Source: Methanospirillaceae archaeon
Lineage (GTDB): Archaea; Halobacteriota; Methanomicrobia; Methanomicrobiales; Methanospirillaceae
Assembly: GCA_016926505.1 (NCBI GenBank)
Contig: JAFGOM010000009.1
Span: forward strand, 2,805-66,804
Direction: 5' to 3'
DNA: 64,000 bases
Shown here: one piece after another, positions 21,101-30,846 of the stretch
How positions within the stretch are numbered: position 1 is the first letter of the stretch
How the letters are laid out: every line of letters begins with the position of its first letter
The notes under the pieces: model-generated
The model's input: the letters and a program-made list of their open reading frames with translations, nothing else
What the model was told of the DNA's origin: nothing
Databases searched by the model: none
Program-made: the position numbers and the translations under genes

Positions 21101-22154
21101 GGAGGGAATCTGTTGCAAAGGAGATTAAACAGGATCGGTATGGTTCTAATCTGCTGATAAGCGTATGATGGTGTGGTGATGGGGTATCGGAAAGGAGATG
21201 TAAAACATACGTTCTGTCCCCGGGATCCCGGACTGAGGTAAGGGTGTGCATGGCAGTCGCCAGATCTCTATCAGTAAGTGAGGAGAGTGCAAAGATGACC
21301 TCTTCCTCCTCGAAGTGCTGTAATACCCATATATAGACAGAATTATGGTCTGCTTTTTCACACCCCCGCATCTGCAAAAAAAGCCGGCATCCGGGGGCTC
21401 CGGTCTCTGCAAGATCATCCCACCTGCCTGTTCCGATATACATATGGATACGGTTTTCCTGGCCAGTCGGGTACCACCTCATCGAATCCAGAATACGGGA
21501 TACTGCCCGAACCATCGCGTACGAGTCAGAAGAGAGTTGCATGGTAAGCCACCTGATCCAGTCATCCTCCATTTCTCCCAGTGACTGAATGCATGTATCT
21601 TCATCTCCCTTCCCGTCACCTGCGATAAGCTGTACCAGATACCGGGTCAATGCACTGTCCGGTTGTCCGGAGAAGAGGGAGAAGATCTTTTTCGCACCAG
21701 AAGGACGGGCCAGGATCCGTTTGAAAACCGGTGCAACCATCTCTGTATCAAAGGTCAGCAGTCCGGCACAGAGAGAAGGATCATGATAATTTTCAGGAGT
21801 AAGGAGAAGATCAAAAAGGATCTGCACCGCAGGCTGGTCAAACCTTTTGAGATCCTCCCATCTCTCCTTTCCGGCATAGTACCGCATTGTTGCATCACTA
21901 CCAACAGGATACCAGTTGAACCATTCTAAAAGTCGTGCGGACGCCTTTATTTTCAAAAAATCAGGTGAATTGAGTTGTTTTGAGAAGAGAGAGATGAGTG
22001 GTGCCTGAAACGAGAAAAGATCAACAGGAAGAGAGTCAGGCATTTTCCTAATCATCTCCACAACATCCTTATGATCTGCTAAAACCTCCGGTCCCTCATC
22101 ATAGTCTGACCATGAATAATCTGAAGAAAAAAAGATGCTCTCCTGCGTGCGCAT
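18150..22154 (-). CDS. Large repeat protein with at least 9 'WYPxG...YYxG..W' modules and C-terminal HEAT/PBS-lyase-like repeats
   Basis: Recurrent motif: 'NWYPVGSDATMRYYAGKERWEDL', 'RWYPTGQENRIHMYIGTGRWDDL', 'DWYPIGNRKLLYYAGLRRWKEM', 'AWYPVGDESRFMYFLATHEWNHL' and others. C-terminal 'DPGIRKEATAALAKI..DQDVRKEALDAIIRFG'. The start was set at Met31 of the 1,364-aa ORF. Confidence 0.8.
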   Translation of the reverse strand: MRTQESIFFSSDYSWSDYDEGPEVLADHKDVVEMIRKMPDSLPVDLFSFQAPLISLFSKQLNSPDFLKIKASARLLEWFNWYPVGSDATMRYYAGKERWEDLKRFDQPAVQILFDLLLTPENYHDPSLCAGLLTFDTEMVAPVFKRILARPSGAKKIFSLFSGQPDSALTRYLVQLIAGDGKGDEDTCIQSLGEMEDDWIRWLTMQLSSDSYAMVRAVSRILDSMRWYPTGQENRIHMYIGTGRWDDLAETGAPGCRLFLQMRGCEKADHNSVYIWVLQHFEEEEVIFALSSLTDRDLATAMHTLTSVRDPGDRTYVLHLLSDTPSPHHHTLISRLEPYRSCLISFATDSLPCIPPSCLPLASGLLEELDWYPIGNRKLLYYAGLRRWKEMLACLPASQDLMSGELIEWVASHIPYSALSDLFLLVSVLAHTHYYPLGFTARLLYAIGSRDWETVTLYGPAAFNPVLYRIGEADLQTKIQMIRVLTRSGADILATFLQPLTRKKPGLLSFIQALHDSTHLLIHDTASVGILISALLLISDPKETSELHPSGIRDVSPELRPLLLSFLNSLLPSLPYHQLIDCCTLLSRYGWCPPGEESWILYSIGKNDWEAIGRHGISGVSNVLAYAGREDNSSSFPYFFALSHCAPVDIIPVFARNRSGHNGSDYLKTFIANLSRVSLSSERIFLFSLFSFGDEETPEIVKLLQSDEKDQVLSWIYRQMLWLSYPELVMACGIVERIGGIPPADTGTGILYHIGKRDHYRILPYGRPAILQIMRLISLSKGVFVSDLVSLLALFDERDVMSVTADLLADENCSLTFPAACTRVRDKESKKYLAGLLDSVIQIPVCRDVIDRNRRVLVTWLSSGLLSRDDYLVSRSAALLLKLAWYPVGDESRFMYFLATHEWNHLLDFSLATRNDKSRILPFITRALVSAPFKELPAIIRILDELDWHPESVHDTILYYAGSNDTEGIRQAGTTATEPFLHLVQRSERSLELYRLAGYIRDPRIVPLLISALPDSSPESKESELALRRMEEDIKIQGFEILCTDPRYQDVIRNIPAITGKEAVSLFIPLFTKRLVSHISIDTKTLFGDWFMEQINGVYYSDLAPLSRIVDMLERTVTDHYNEIFYHVGKRDWDRVRDLSGDDIFPLTNALRHETREHCYAIIRILGQIARDTSTDALISCLYYKDPGIRKEATAALAKIQDARKICPLVHVLADQDQDVRKEALDAIIRFGEAYGNEEVIACLINQVRDTSSKTKKPYTPVIRSIIDIDDPKPVRYFLSLFADSSLKRHDELFDYALFEYKVQICDWLCRIILDPRYDRVQIEAIASRLRCHP

Positions 22155-22593
22155 AGGTATAGGTGCCCTTTTTGGGGTATAAATATTACGATACTGAATT
22201 GAAGAATGAATACAATTCCGGAACACAATTACCGGAACATGCACATTATGCCCAGGTTTTTCGAAGCGTCATGGATAAAAGTGTTCGCAATCCCTCACAC
22301 CGCCATCCGTGATTCAAAAAAACCAGAGCCGGAAAAATGGTAGTACGCGTATGAGAGAACGAAAGAGCCCGATAACTCCTTCCCGAGGGATTTTCTGTAA
22401 TGAAAAAAAGAGAGATACTGCAGGGGAAGAGAAAGAATCAGATGTATCGTGGCATTACCCAAAAGCCTTATCCCCATATGTCTCTAAAACACCAGAAGGG
22501 ATAAAATGGATAGGTGCAATACTGCAATCAGAATATGCGCTTTTTCTTCGATCCCCATAATCCTGATCTGATATCAGAACATACCGGTATCAT

Positions 22594-23442
22594 ATGACAA
22601 CAAACCTAAAACCCGACAGAAATTCCCTATACCGCGAAAGCAACATCGGTATTTTGGCACTCATACAGAATCCCTATATCAGGCACAAGGGAGACACCAT
22701 CCTGCAACAGACACTCGTGTCATGGGTGTTAAGTTTTCTTGGATCACACACGGATTCCCCATTAAAAAGGCGGGAAATCCTTGAGATTATCTCCATCCTC
22801 ACCCTTGACAACATTTTTACCGCAACAAAAGCAGGGAGGTATATCTCTCTTACCGCAACGGACCGGTACGAAGAGCTGGTTGCATTATACCATACCGGGA
22901 CGATCCGGATACCACAGGAAGAACAAAAATCCCCTGACCGGGGAGAGGAAGGGGGAGAAGAAACAGAGATATCAGTCACTATTCCGCATGAAAGGCATCT
23001 CTACTATGAATATCTCCTGCAGCAGATAAACGGGTACCAGGGTTCATACCAGGACGTCGTCTCATACTGCCCGGTTCTTTTTGCCCTGCTTTCACGGATA
23101 TTCAGATCACAAACAACCCCATTTCAAATGAAAGTCCTTGCCAGTCTCGCCATGAGCTACCTGGTTCTGGACGAGGACAATATTCCGGACTGGCGTGAAT
23201 GCGGTTATCTCGACGATATCTTTGTGATGCTCTCTGTTCTGCAGATCATGTATTCCAGTGGGGAAGAGGATCTTATACGGAAAAACTGGCTTTCTGATAG
23301 TGATATTATCGATCTTATCGGCAGACTGGTTCCAGAGGTAAACCGGATCCTGGAAGGGAGAACCGACATTATCGCTGCCATTGCAGGGCTTGATCAGTAT
23401 CAAAAAAGTTCCCGCAGGAAACCTGAAAATACCATCCGATAA
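22594..23442 (+). CDS. Hypothetical protein with a DUF1232-like segment
   Basis: 'DEDNIPDWRECGYLDDIFV' resembles the DUF1232/YkvA motif. The rest is unassigned. Confidence 0.5.
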   Translation: MTTNLKPDRNSLYRESNIGILALIQNPYIRHKGDTILQQTLVSWVLSFLGSHTDSPLKRREILEIISILTLDNIFTATKAGRYISLTATDRYEELVALYHTGTIRIPQEEQKSPDRGEEGGEETEISVTIPHERHLYYEYLLQQINGYQGSYQDVVSYCPVLFALLSRIFRSQTTPFQMKVLASLAMSYLVLDEDNIPDWRECGYLDDIFVMLSVLQIMYSSGEEDLIRKNWLSDSDIIDLIGRLVPEVNRILEGRTDIIAAIAGLDQYQKSSRRKPENTIR

Positions 23443-23449
23443 CAGGAGA

Positions 23450-24268
23450 TCACGGTTTTACGATATCATATACCGTATGGAACCGGCCAGCAGAGTAAGA
23501 TCTGACCATCCGTTCAAAAACATCACGAGCTCCCAGTTGCTTTATATCAAGAAGCTGTTCCCCTTTTTCACTGACAAGGACATACCAGTGGATCGTTCCT
23601 CCCGGACGGCAGAGCTCGTACGCATATGTAAGAAAGAAAGATCCTGACAGCGGGAGATTCATAATAACCCGGTCAAATGAGGGGGGGAGAATCGCAGGAA
23701 GGGTGGTGGCGTCAGCCAGTACCGGGATGATATTCTTTCTGTGGTTCCGTGCAATATTTTTCTGCATGAGAAGAACCGCAGCAGGATTGATATCACAGGC
23801 ATATACAACCGATGCCTGATCTGCAAGAGCGATTGAGAACGGTCCGACACCGGCAAACATATCAAGAACACGCTCCCCCTCCCGCATCATTGCATGAATC
23901 CGCTGGCGTTCCAGAGCCAGCCTTGCAGAGAAGTAGGCGGTTGCAAGATCAATCGTATAGGTCAGGTTGTACTCGGTATACTCGGTTCTTGTGGTATTCT
24001 CTCCTGCAAGAACAATAAATTCCCGGGTTCTGTATTTTCCTGATACCGCACTGACCGGGTATAAGACCGTGTGAACAGAGGGTCTTGATGCAAGGATGCC
24101 GGCTGCACCTTCCTTATCTTTCTCCTGCATCACGGCTATACCGCCAATACGTTCATGCCGCATGAGCGGTTTTTTCTCATCCAGCATCTCAAACAGATAC
24201 CGCTCACCGCCTGGCAAAAACGATTGCACCGGGATGAGGAGATCGTCATTCTCCTGTGCGATCTTCAA
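23450..24268 (-). CDS. Trm5/Met-10+ family SAM-dependent tRNA methyltransferase
   Basis: 'RVLDMFAGVGPFSIALA..VYACDINPAAV..NLP' is the class I methyltransferase core of the Trm5/Taw family. Confidence 0.8.
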   Translation of the reverse strand: MKIAQENDDLLIPVQSFLPGGERYLFEMLDEKKPLMRHERIGGIAVMQEKDKEGAAGILASRPSVHTVLYPVSAVSGKYRTREFIVLAGENTTRTEYTEYNLTYTIDLATAYFSARLALERQRIHAMMREGERVLDMFAGVGPFSIALADQASVVYACDINPAAVLLMQKNIARNHRKNIIPVLADATTLPAILPPSFDRVIMNLPLSGSFFLTYAYELCRPGGTIHWYVLVSEKGEQLLDIKQLGARDVFERMVRSYSAGRFHTVYDIVKP

Positions 24269-24656
24269 GCCTGCATCGATACATCCCTGATTCAGAAGGT
24301 CTCTCCGGAACTCCTCCCCTCTCTTTTTTGGAACGCGTACTGCCCATTGTTCCTGCTTTATATGATCATCTCCATCCGGGATTGCATCGTGCTGAAATAA
24401 TTGTGCGGGGAACAGATAAGAAAACGATTCCTTGTTTCCTGTGCTGCCCTCCGGGTCTCATCGCCCTCCATTCTATCCGCTACTCTGATATATACCGGTG
24501 ACGGGCAGGAATTGCCCCTGCATAGGCTCAATGCGCATGAAACTGAATCGTGATCTGATGAGAAAAGGGGTTGATACCGGGAATTGAGCAGGAAATTTAA
24601 AAAGGCAAAACAGCCATGCATTCTCTATAGAGGTTTGAGAGAGAGGAAGAGATCGG

Positions 24657-25175
24657 TTAACTCAGGTGAATCTGGCGCATAATATCACGGATATGAATCC
24701 AGATGATGAGATCAGTTCTCTCTTTATCTCCCTCTTTTGTCTTCTTCTTTATAATTCCGATGATATGATCCCCGGTATCATCTCCCCCGCTGCCACCCCG
24801 GCGATCGATATCTGAATCGGTGTAGGTAGAGACTGCCAGTACCTCGTCAACGAGAATGCCTACCGGCCTCTTGGTAAAGGCAGGATCGAGAACGATAAAA
24901 CAGGCATTTTCATTATGCGTGTTTTCAGACTGCATCTGGAGAAGTTGTTTTAAATCAATTACGGTGGTAATCTCGCCCCGAAGATTAATTATACCAATAA
25001 TATAACTGGGAGTATTGGGGAGGGGAGTGGTTGGTGCAAAGGGAATGACCTCTTTGATGTCATATAATTCAATTGCAAAAAGATCTTTTCCGAGCATAAA
25101 CTCAACAATCTGAATCTCTGAGTCTGCTTTCTTCTCCTCAACCTTTGCCATGATACCAAATGAGTTTTGAGCCAT
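24657..25175 (-). CDS. cheW: Chemotaxis coupling protein CheW
   Basis: 'IVEFMLGKDLFAIELYDIKEVIP...IINLRGEITTVIDLKQLL' is a canonical CheW fold signature. Confidence 0.85.
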   Translation of the reverse strand: MAQNSFGIMAKVEEKKADSEIQIVEFMLGKDLFAIELYDIKEVIPFAPTTPLPNTPSYIIGIINLRGEITTVIDLKQLLQMQSENTHNENACFIVLDPAFTKRPVGILVDEVLAVSTYTDSDIDRRGGSGGDDTGDHIIGIIKKKTKEGDKERTDLIIWIHIRDIMRQIHLS

Positions 25176-25497
25176 GAAACACCTTCTATCTGATTATCTC
25201 TATATCAGTATTTAATTCCTCGTACTGTCGTTACAAAAAATGAACGAAATGTCAGGAAAATCTCTGCCTTAAAGAAGCGTCTGTCCGAAACCCGATAATG
25301 GCCGCAAACCTGCGACACCATGTTCATCGGCAAGCCAGAGAAGAAATAGCCCTTACAGACCAGTGATTTTAGATGGACATCATGTAACGTCATACAATAA
25401 AAACCATATTGAATATCCAATTAGCTTCCTCTTTTTCAGATTGCCTGATTCCCCAAAAAAATCAGGATCCTATTTATGAAAGAACGATCAAGATTGA

Positions 25498-25953
25498 ATG
25501 ACATCCATGAAGAAGAACACCTATTTTCTGATTATTGGTGCGATTGCTCTTTGTGTGTTATTCTCCATTATTCGCGCTTCAGAACTCCATTCCCCAAATC
25601 TGGCAATAATTATCTTTCTTATCGGTGTTGTTATCGCATACATCTCACGCGGTTTCGTGGATGATACCCTGGAAGATGAACTGACCCACCAGATTACAGA
25701 AAAAGCAGCCCTCCGAACCCTGCAGATTGCCCTTGTGTTCACCACGGCAACAGCAATAGGGATGATTGTGTTTAGTATAAACCCTCTGCCACCCCCGTTT
25801 GAACACCACTTCCCCCGGCCGGACAGGATTATCGGGAATATGGGACTTACCCAGCTCTTTCTTCCGGTATTTCTTCTCTTTATTTATACCGGGTTTCGAC
25901 AGTACTACGCACATAAATTCGGGTATAGTGATTCCTTTGAAGAACAGGATTAA
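25498..25953 (+). CDS. DUF2178-like membrane protein
   Basis: A four-TM small protein immediately upstream of a YozG-like HTH gene, which is the usual pairing. Confidence 0.6.
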   Translation: MTSMKKNTYFLIIGAIALCVLFSIIRASELHSPNLAIIIFLIGVVIAYISRGFVDDTLEDELTHQITEKAALRTLQIALVFTTATAIGMIVFSINPLPPPFEHHFPRPDRIIGNMGLTQLFLPVFLLFIYTGFRQYYAHKFGYSDSFEEQD

Positions 25954-26158
25954 AGTTTTCCGGGCATTACATGATCTCTCTCAGGAGGCACTTGCCCGGC
26001 AGGTGGGGGTAACGAGACAGACCATCCTTGCTATTGAGAAGGGAAGATATGACCCGTCTCTTCTCCTTGCCTACAAGATAGCACGATTTTTCGGTGTCAC
26101 TATCGAGGATATCTTCCTTTACGATGAAGAAGAGAGTCCAAAAAAACTCCCATTCTGA
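25928..26158 (+). CDS. XRE-family helix-turn-helix transcriptional regulator
   Basis: 'LSQEALARQVGVTRQTILAIEKGRYDPSLLLAYKIARFFG'. There is no in-frame ATG, so the start is GTG 25928 or TTG 25937. Confidence 0.7.
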   Translation: MIPLKNRIKVFRALHDLSQEALARQVGVTRQTILAIEKGRYDPSLLLAYKIARFFGVTIEDIFLYDEEESPKKLPF

Positions 26159-26306
26159 CGACAGAAAGAAAGGGGCAATATCGGTGATTCTGAAAAGAAC
26201 CGATCGATTAGGTAAGTATTAATATTCATTATGTAAAATAAACATTACATAATTGGCGTCGAATATTCTCACTTCATATTCAAGCCTGCCGATAACGAGG
26301 ATTATC

Positions 26307-27614
26307 ATGTCTAAATTCAGAAATATCATACTCTTCCTTCTTATTGCATCATTGTGCACCGGTGCCTCTCATGCTGCACTTCTCAACGAAGAAGCAGAGA
26401 CTGCAGCCGGTCAGGTGACGGTGACAAATGTTACCGTCAATCCATCAGTACCAATGATGGATGATACCGCAACGATAACCATCACTATCAAGAATAATGG
26501 TGATACTGCGGTGCCGATCTCAACCGCCAGGCTGTACTCAGATGAACTCAGGATCATAAATGACAAGACATACGGTGCTGTCGGGACACTTGGTGCAGGA
26601 AATTCGATGATGCTGACATTTTCCATCACAGCCGATGCCAGGGATGGTATCTATTATCTCTGGTTTTATCTTGATTTCCGGGACGCTGGATCATTAAAGT
26701 ACCACATCCCGATCACAATCGAGAGCACCCCGCTCCTGGTATCAGTCATTGATGCTCCCGAGATCTTCCAGACCGGGGCCAAGCAGAAAGTGACCGTCCT
26801 CGTTGCCAATCCCAGGGATAATGAACTGACCGGTGTAAACGTAATCCTGGAGGGGGAAGGAATACAAACCACCCAGTCTGTCGGTTTTGTCGGCACCCTT
26901 CCCCCCGGCTCATCAAAGGAGGTTTTGTTTGATGTCACGGCAAACCAGGATACCATTCTCTCATGCATTGCCACATACAGAAACGGCATCAATGAACATA
27001 CCGCTGATACAAAAATCCCGGTCAGGACCGGGGACGGAAAGATACGGGCAGAGGTTATCGTCAATAACATCGAGCTTGCCGGCGGAACCGGAAAGTATAC
27101 GCTCACTGCCGATGTCACCAATGCAGGTCTTGACGAGGCTTATTCCATCGTTACGACCGTTTCTGATCCCGCGGTGCCAACCGACCCCTACCGATCCTAC
27201 ATTGTGGGGTCTCTTGAACCTGATGACTTCTCAAGTTTTGAACTGACCTTTTCCTCCCGGGTTAATGAGATACCGCTCCTCATCACGTACAAGGACAGTT
27301 ACGGGAATGACTATGCAAAGGAGGTTACCTTAAACCTGAATGAGATCATGGGGGGTGGACAATCCATGGGTGCGGAGGCAGGAGGATCCTTTTCAGGTGA
27401 CCCCATGAGTTCCCAGGGTGGACCGGGTGGAAGCACCCGGGGTGGAGGCCCGGGAATGATGGGATCCTTCGGGGCAGGGATGAATCATATACCGGTTATG
27501 GAAATAGGGATTGGAATTGTCGTTCTCATCCTCATCGTGGCCGGATTCCTTTTGTTCCGGCGGATTCGCAATAAAAGGAAACTCATGAAACGCTTGGAAC
27601 AACATTCCGGGTGA
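26307..27614 (+). CDS. Secreted CARDB/S-layer-domain-like protein with a Gly-rich linker and a C-terminal TM anchor
   Basis: Signal peptide 'MSKFRNIILFLLIASLCTGASHA' follows GAGG. Repeated beta-rich 'V.V.N.G....' modules. 'GGPGGSTRGGGPGMMGSFGAG' linker plus a TM helix. First gene of an ABC operon. Confidence 0.65.
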   Translation: MSKFRNIILFLLIASLCTGASHAALLNEEAETAAGQVTVTNVTVNPSVPMMDDTATITITIKNNGDTAVPISTARLYSDELRIINDKTYGAVGTLGAGNSMMLTFSITADARDGIYYLWFYLDFRDAGSLKYHIPITIESTPLLVSVIDAPEIFQTGAKQKVTVLVANPRDNELTGVNVILEGEGIQTTQSVGFVGTLPPGSSKEVLFDVTANQDTILSCIATYRNGINEHTADTKIPVRTGDGKIRAEVIVNNIELAGGTGKYTLTADVTNAGLDEAYSIVTTVSDPAVPTDPYRSYIVGSLEPDDFSSFELTFSSRVNEIPLLITYKDSYGNDYAKEVTLNLNEIMGGGQSMGAEAGGSFSGDPMSSQGGPGGSTRGGGPGMMGSFGAGMNHIPVMEIGIGIVVLILIVAGFLLFRRIRNKRKLMKRLEQHSG

Positions 27615-27619
27615 GATAA

Positions 27620-28297
27620 TTGGAAAAAAATCCAGTCATCCGGCTGGAACGGGTAAAAAAGGTATATCCCCTTGCTTCCGGAGATGTTGTGGCACTTGAT
27701 TCCGTCAGTCTGTCTATCATGCCGGGTGAATTTATTGCGATCATGGGCCCCTCTGGTTCTGGAAAATCCACCCTCTTAAACCAGATAGGGTGCCTTGATA
27801 CTCCGACGTCAGGAGATCTCTGGATTTCCGGAATAAACATCAGGCATTTGTCTGATAATGAACTGACTGATCTCAGGAGGGATAAAATCGGGTATATCTT
27901 TCAGAATTTTCATCTTATCCCGCTTCTGACTGCATACGAAAATGTCGAGTACCCGTTTTTACTTCAAAACCACCAGCATGACAAATCCGGGCATATCAGT
28001 ACTCTCCTCTCCTCAGTCGGGATCGATATCTACTTAGCAGAGCACCGGCCAAGTGAGTTATCAGGAGGACAACAGCAGCGGGTGGCTATCGCACGTGCTC
28101 TGGTGAACAATCCTCCCATACTGCTCTGTGATGAACCAACCGGTAACCTTGATTCAAAAACCGGTCTGCAGATCATGGAGATGCTCCAATCCCTAAACGA
28201 ACAGGGACGAACCATTATCATGGTTACCCATGACTCTGCAATTGCCGGGTATGCTGACAGGATAATCGTCATCAGGGACGGGAGGATCGTCTCATGA
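27620..28297 (+). CDS. ABC transporter ATP-binding protein (MacB/LolD-like)
   Basis: Walker A 'GPSGSGKST', signature 'LSGGQQQRVAIARAL', Walker B 'ILLCDEPTGNLD'. Confidence 0.9.
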   Translation: MEKNPVIRLERVKKVYPLASGDVVALDSVSLSIMPGEFIAIMGPSGSGKSTLLNQIGCLDTPTSGDLWISGINIRHLSDNELTDLRRDKIGYIFQNFHLIPLLTAYENVEYPFLLQNHQHDKSGHISTLLSSVGIDIYLAEHRPSELSGGQQQRVAIARALVNNPPILLCDEPTGNLDSKTGLQIMEMLQSLNEQGRTIIMVTHDSAIAGYADRIIVIRDGRIVS

Positions 28298-29505
28298 TCG
28301 GTGATATCTTCTTCTCATTGTCGGTGCGCAGTGTACGGTTACACTTTCTCCGTTCCCTGCTCGCCGCCCTTGGCATTGTTATCGGTGTTGTTGCCATATC
28401 ATCAATGGGGATACTGGGAACAAACATGACATTGTCTATTACTGCAAGCCTCTCTGAAAATGCCAATGAACTATCGGTAAACCCGGTAAGCGGAACCGGG
28501 GGGGGAGGGGGAATGTTTGGTTCCCAGCAGAGTGAATCTGATGATGATCAGTGTATCGACCGTGACCAGGTCAGGGATATCAGGCGTATCGCCATACAGG
28601 ACACGGTCATTCCTATCTACTCAGAATCAGGAGAGACGATTACCATCGGAGACGAGGAGACCAGGTGTACGATATACGGTCTAAAACCTGAAGATGTGGT
28701 TGCAGGGATAAAAATATCAGAAGGATCGTACCTGAAAGGATCCAGCGGCGCAATTGTCGGATCTGAACTGCAGGAACGATACAGTCTCCACATCGGTAGC
28801 AGGATAAAGATCGGAGATCCTGATGAGGGCACACCGCATATCGTCAGGGTGGTCGGATTTGCAGAAGAGAAAGGGATGTCAATGGCATTAAACCCGGATA
28901 ATGCCATTATCGTTGATGCAAAACTCTTTGTCGACTGGTATGGAGGAGAGTACGAGTACGACCAGGTTCTCATTATTGTTTCAGACATCAACACGGTCAC
29001 CGAAACAGGGGATGCCATCGAGGAACAACTCAACAGGAAGGAAGAGACCGTGAGTGTCCGTGACTCAAGCGGGATGCTTGAGAATGTCACTTCATCACTC
29101 TCTACCATGACGTCATTTGTCACTGCTATTGGAGCCATCTCACTGCTGGTTGCAGCAACATCTATCTTTAATGTCATGATGATGTCTGTTACCGAACGGA
29201 TAAAGGAGATTGGAATCCTGCGGAGCATTGGCACCAAAAAAAGAGAAATTCTTAAGATGATACTCTATGAAGCGAGTATTCTCGGGCTGGTAGGATCGAT
29301 AATCGGGGGGATTATGAGCTTTGTCGGGGGATATCTTATCTGTATGATCATGCTCAGTGATACCACCTACTTCTGGATGCCTGCGAGTCTGGTTAATATT
29401 GCCAACGGGGTTGTGGTTGGTATCGCAATCTGCATTTTTTCAGGCATGTACCCGGCATGGCGGGCTGCAAACCTGGATCCCATAGAAGCCCTGCGTTCAA
29501 ACTGA
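28294..29505 (+). CDS. ABC transporter permease, FtsX/MacB family
   Basis: N-terminal TM helix, a large extracytoplasmic domain, and a C-terminal FtsX-type 3-TM bundle ('ERIKEIGILRSIGTKKREI'). ATGA overlap with the ATPase gene. Confidence 0.85.
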   Translation: MIGDIFFSLSVRSVRLHFLRSLLAALGIVIGVVAISSMGILGTNMTLSITASLSENANELSVNPVSGTGGGGGMFGSQQSESDDDQCIDRDQVRDIRRIAIQDTVIPIYSESGETITIGDEETRCTIYGLKPEDVVAGIKISEGSYLKGSSGAIVGSELQERYSLHIGSRIKIGDPDEGTPHIVRVVGFAEEKGMSMALNPDNAIIVDAKLFVDWYGGEYEYDQVLIIVSDINTVTETGDAIEEQLNRKEETVSVRDSSGMLENVTSSLSTMTSFVTAIGAISLLVAATSIFNVMMMSVTERIKEIGILRSIGTKKREILKMILYEASILGLVGSIIGGIMSFVGGYLICMIMLSDTTYFWMPASLVNIANGVVVGIAICIFSGMYPAWRAANLDPIEALRSN

Positions 29506-29618
29506 TCCAGGCCCCATTTTTGCCTGAATTGTGCGTGTAAAGAAGATTAGAGGGTTCTACAGATTACTCCCCGGCAGATCAGAAAGACAGCAGGAGAAAG
29601 AGTGTGATTCAATCATGC

Positions 29619-30710
29619 CTACCCGGTTGAAAAATGCTTCCTGGTGATCAGGATTATTACCGAATGACCCTTCTTGTACGGATCCGATATCTCCCGTTCC
29701 CTTAGAAGCACCAGTCCTGCATCACTCAGGGCTGTTAGATACTTCTCATCAGGGAACGGAACCCTTCCTTTCCAGTCCCGGCTACCCTTATCGTCATCTG
29801 AAAAGTTCCATAAAAGCCACTCAAGGCGGGAAAAAAGGTTTTCCTGTTCTCCTCCCCGGGACTGAACCGTGATGAAATAACCGCCGGGACGTAAGGCATC
29901 AGTTATCTTTTGTACCATATCTGGTCGTCTCCCACCCGGGTTTGAGGAGGAGAAGATGATATCGTACCCGGATCCGATTGAGTCGGTAAAAAAATCCCCG
30001 GGAAGGGTTGTAACCCGGCCTGCAACGCCATATCTGGCGATATATTCTTCAGCAAACGGAATTACCAAGGGGAGATCCTGGATTACACAGGTCATCCGTG
30101 GGTTTTTCAGGGCAAGAGCGATTGCATACAGTCCATGTCCCCCACCAAGATCAAGAGTTTTTCGGCAGTTTGAAAAGCCTTCAAGGGAGGTAATTTCATA
30201 CAATACATCCTGGAGACGACCACAGATCGCATTTTCTGCCATCGAAGGAAGACTTAAATCTTTAAAATAGTGTTCCCGCGAGTAGGATACCGGGCCTGCC
30301 ATTATCCGCCCGGCAAGCGGGAACCAGATATCAAAAAGAACCTTCCTGTTGTTTTCCAGATATGCCTTCTGAAAATACGGTGACGTGGAACGCAGGTAAA
30401 CTGAAGCCATTTCCGAATTTTTATACCTGCCATCTGCTTCTTTTGTAAGAATCCCGGAAGAACAGAGTATCTCACAAAGGATCTCAATCACCTCGTGGGG
30501 ACTGTTCTTCCGGCAGATTTCAGAGATATCCCTCGCTTCTTGTAGCATATCAAAGAGATGCAACTCTGATGCCGCAAGGATGACCGTAAACAACATCATC
30601 CCGGTCACCTGATCCGTTATAAGGTTGAAAAAATTCTCTGGCGGAGAAGGAGGATAGTGACGTAATCCATCCTGTAATGCACGGATATCCGGCCCTGGTA
30701 CCTGATTCAT
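29619..30710 (-). CDS. Class I SAM-dependent O-methyltransferase (family 2-like, with N-terminal dimerisation/wHTH region)
   Basis: 'TLDLGGGHGLYAIALA', 'VIQDLP', 'GDFF..YDIIF'. Confidence 0.75.
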   Translation of the reverse strand: MNQVPGPDIRALQDGLRHYPPSPPENFFNLITDQVTGMMLFTVILAASELHLFDMLQEARDISEICRKNSPHEVIEILCEILCSSGILTKEADGRYKNSEMASVYLRSTSPYFQKAYLENNRKVLFDIWFPLAGRIMAGPVSYSREHYFKDLSLPSMAENAICGRLQDVLYEITSLEGFSNCRKTLDLGGGHGLYAIALALKNPRMTCVIQDLPLVIPFAEEYIARYGVAGRVTTLPGDFFTDSIGSGYDIIFSSSNPGGRRPDMVQKITDALRPGGYFITVQSRGGEQENLFSRLEWLLWNFSDDDKGSRDWKGRVPFPDEKYLTALSDAGLVLLREREISDPYKKGHSVIILITRKHFSTG

Positions 30711-30846
30711 GATGCGATAAAAAGAGACCTCAGCACTTTCCTTTCCAGGATGATCGATTATTCATAAAACAGGGATGTTTCGCTCCTGCACTTTGTTGTA
30801 GCATTGATCCGGAATTTTTCATTCTTTTCATGAAAATCTTTACCGA

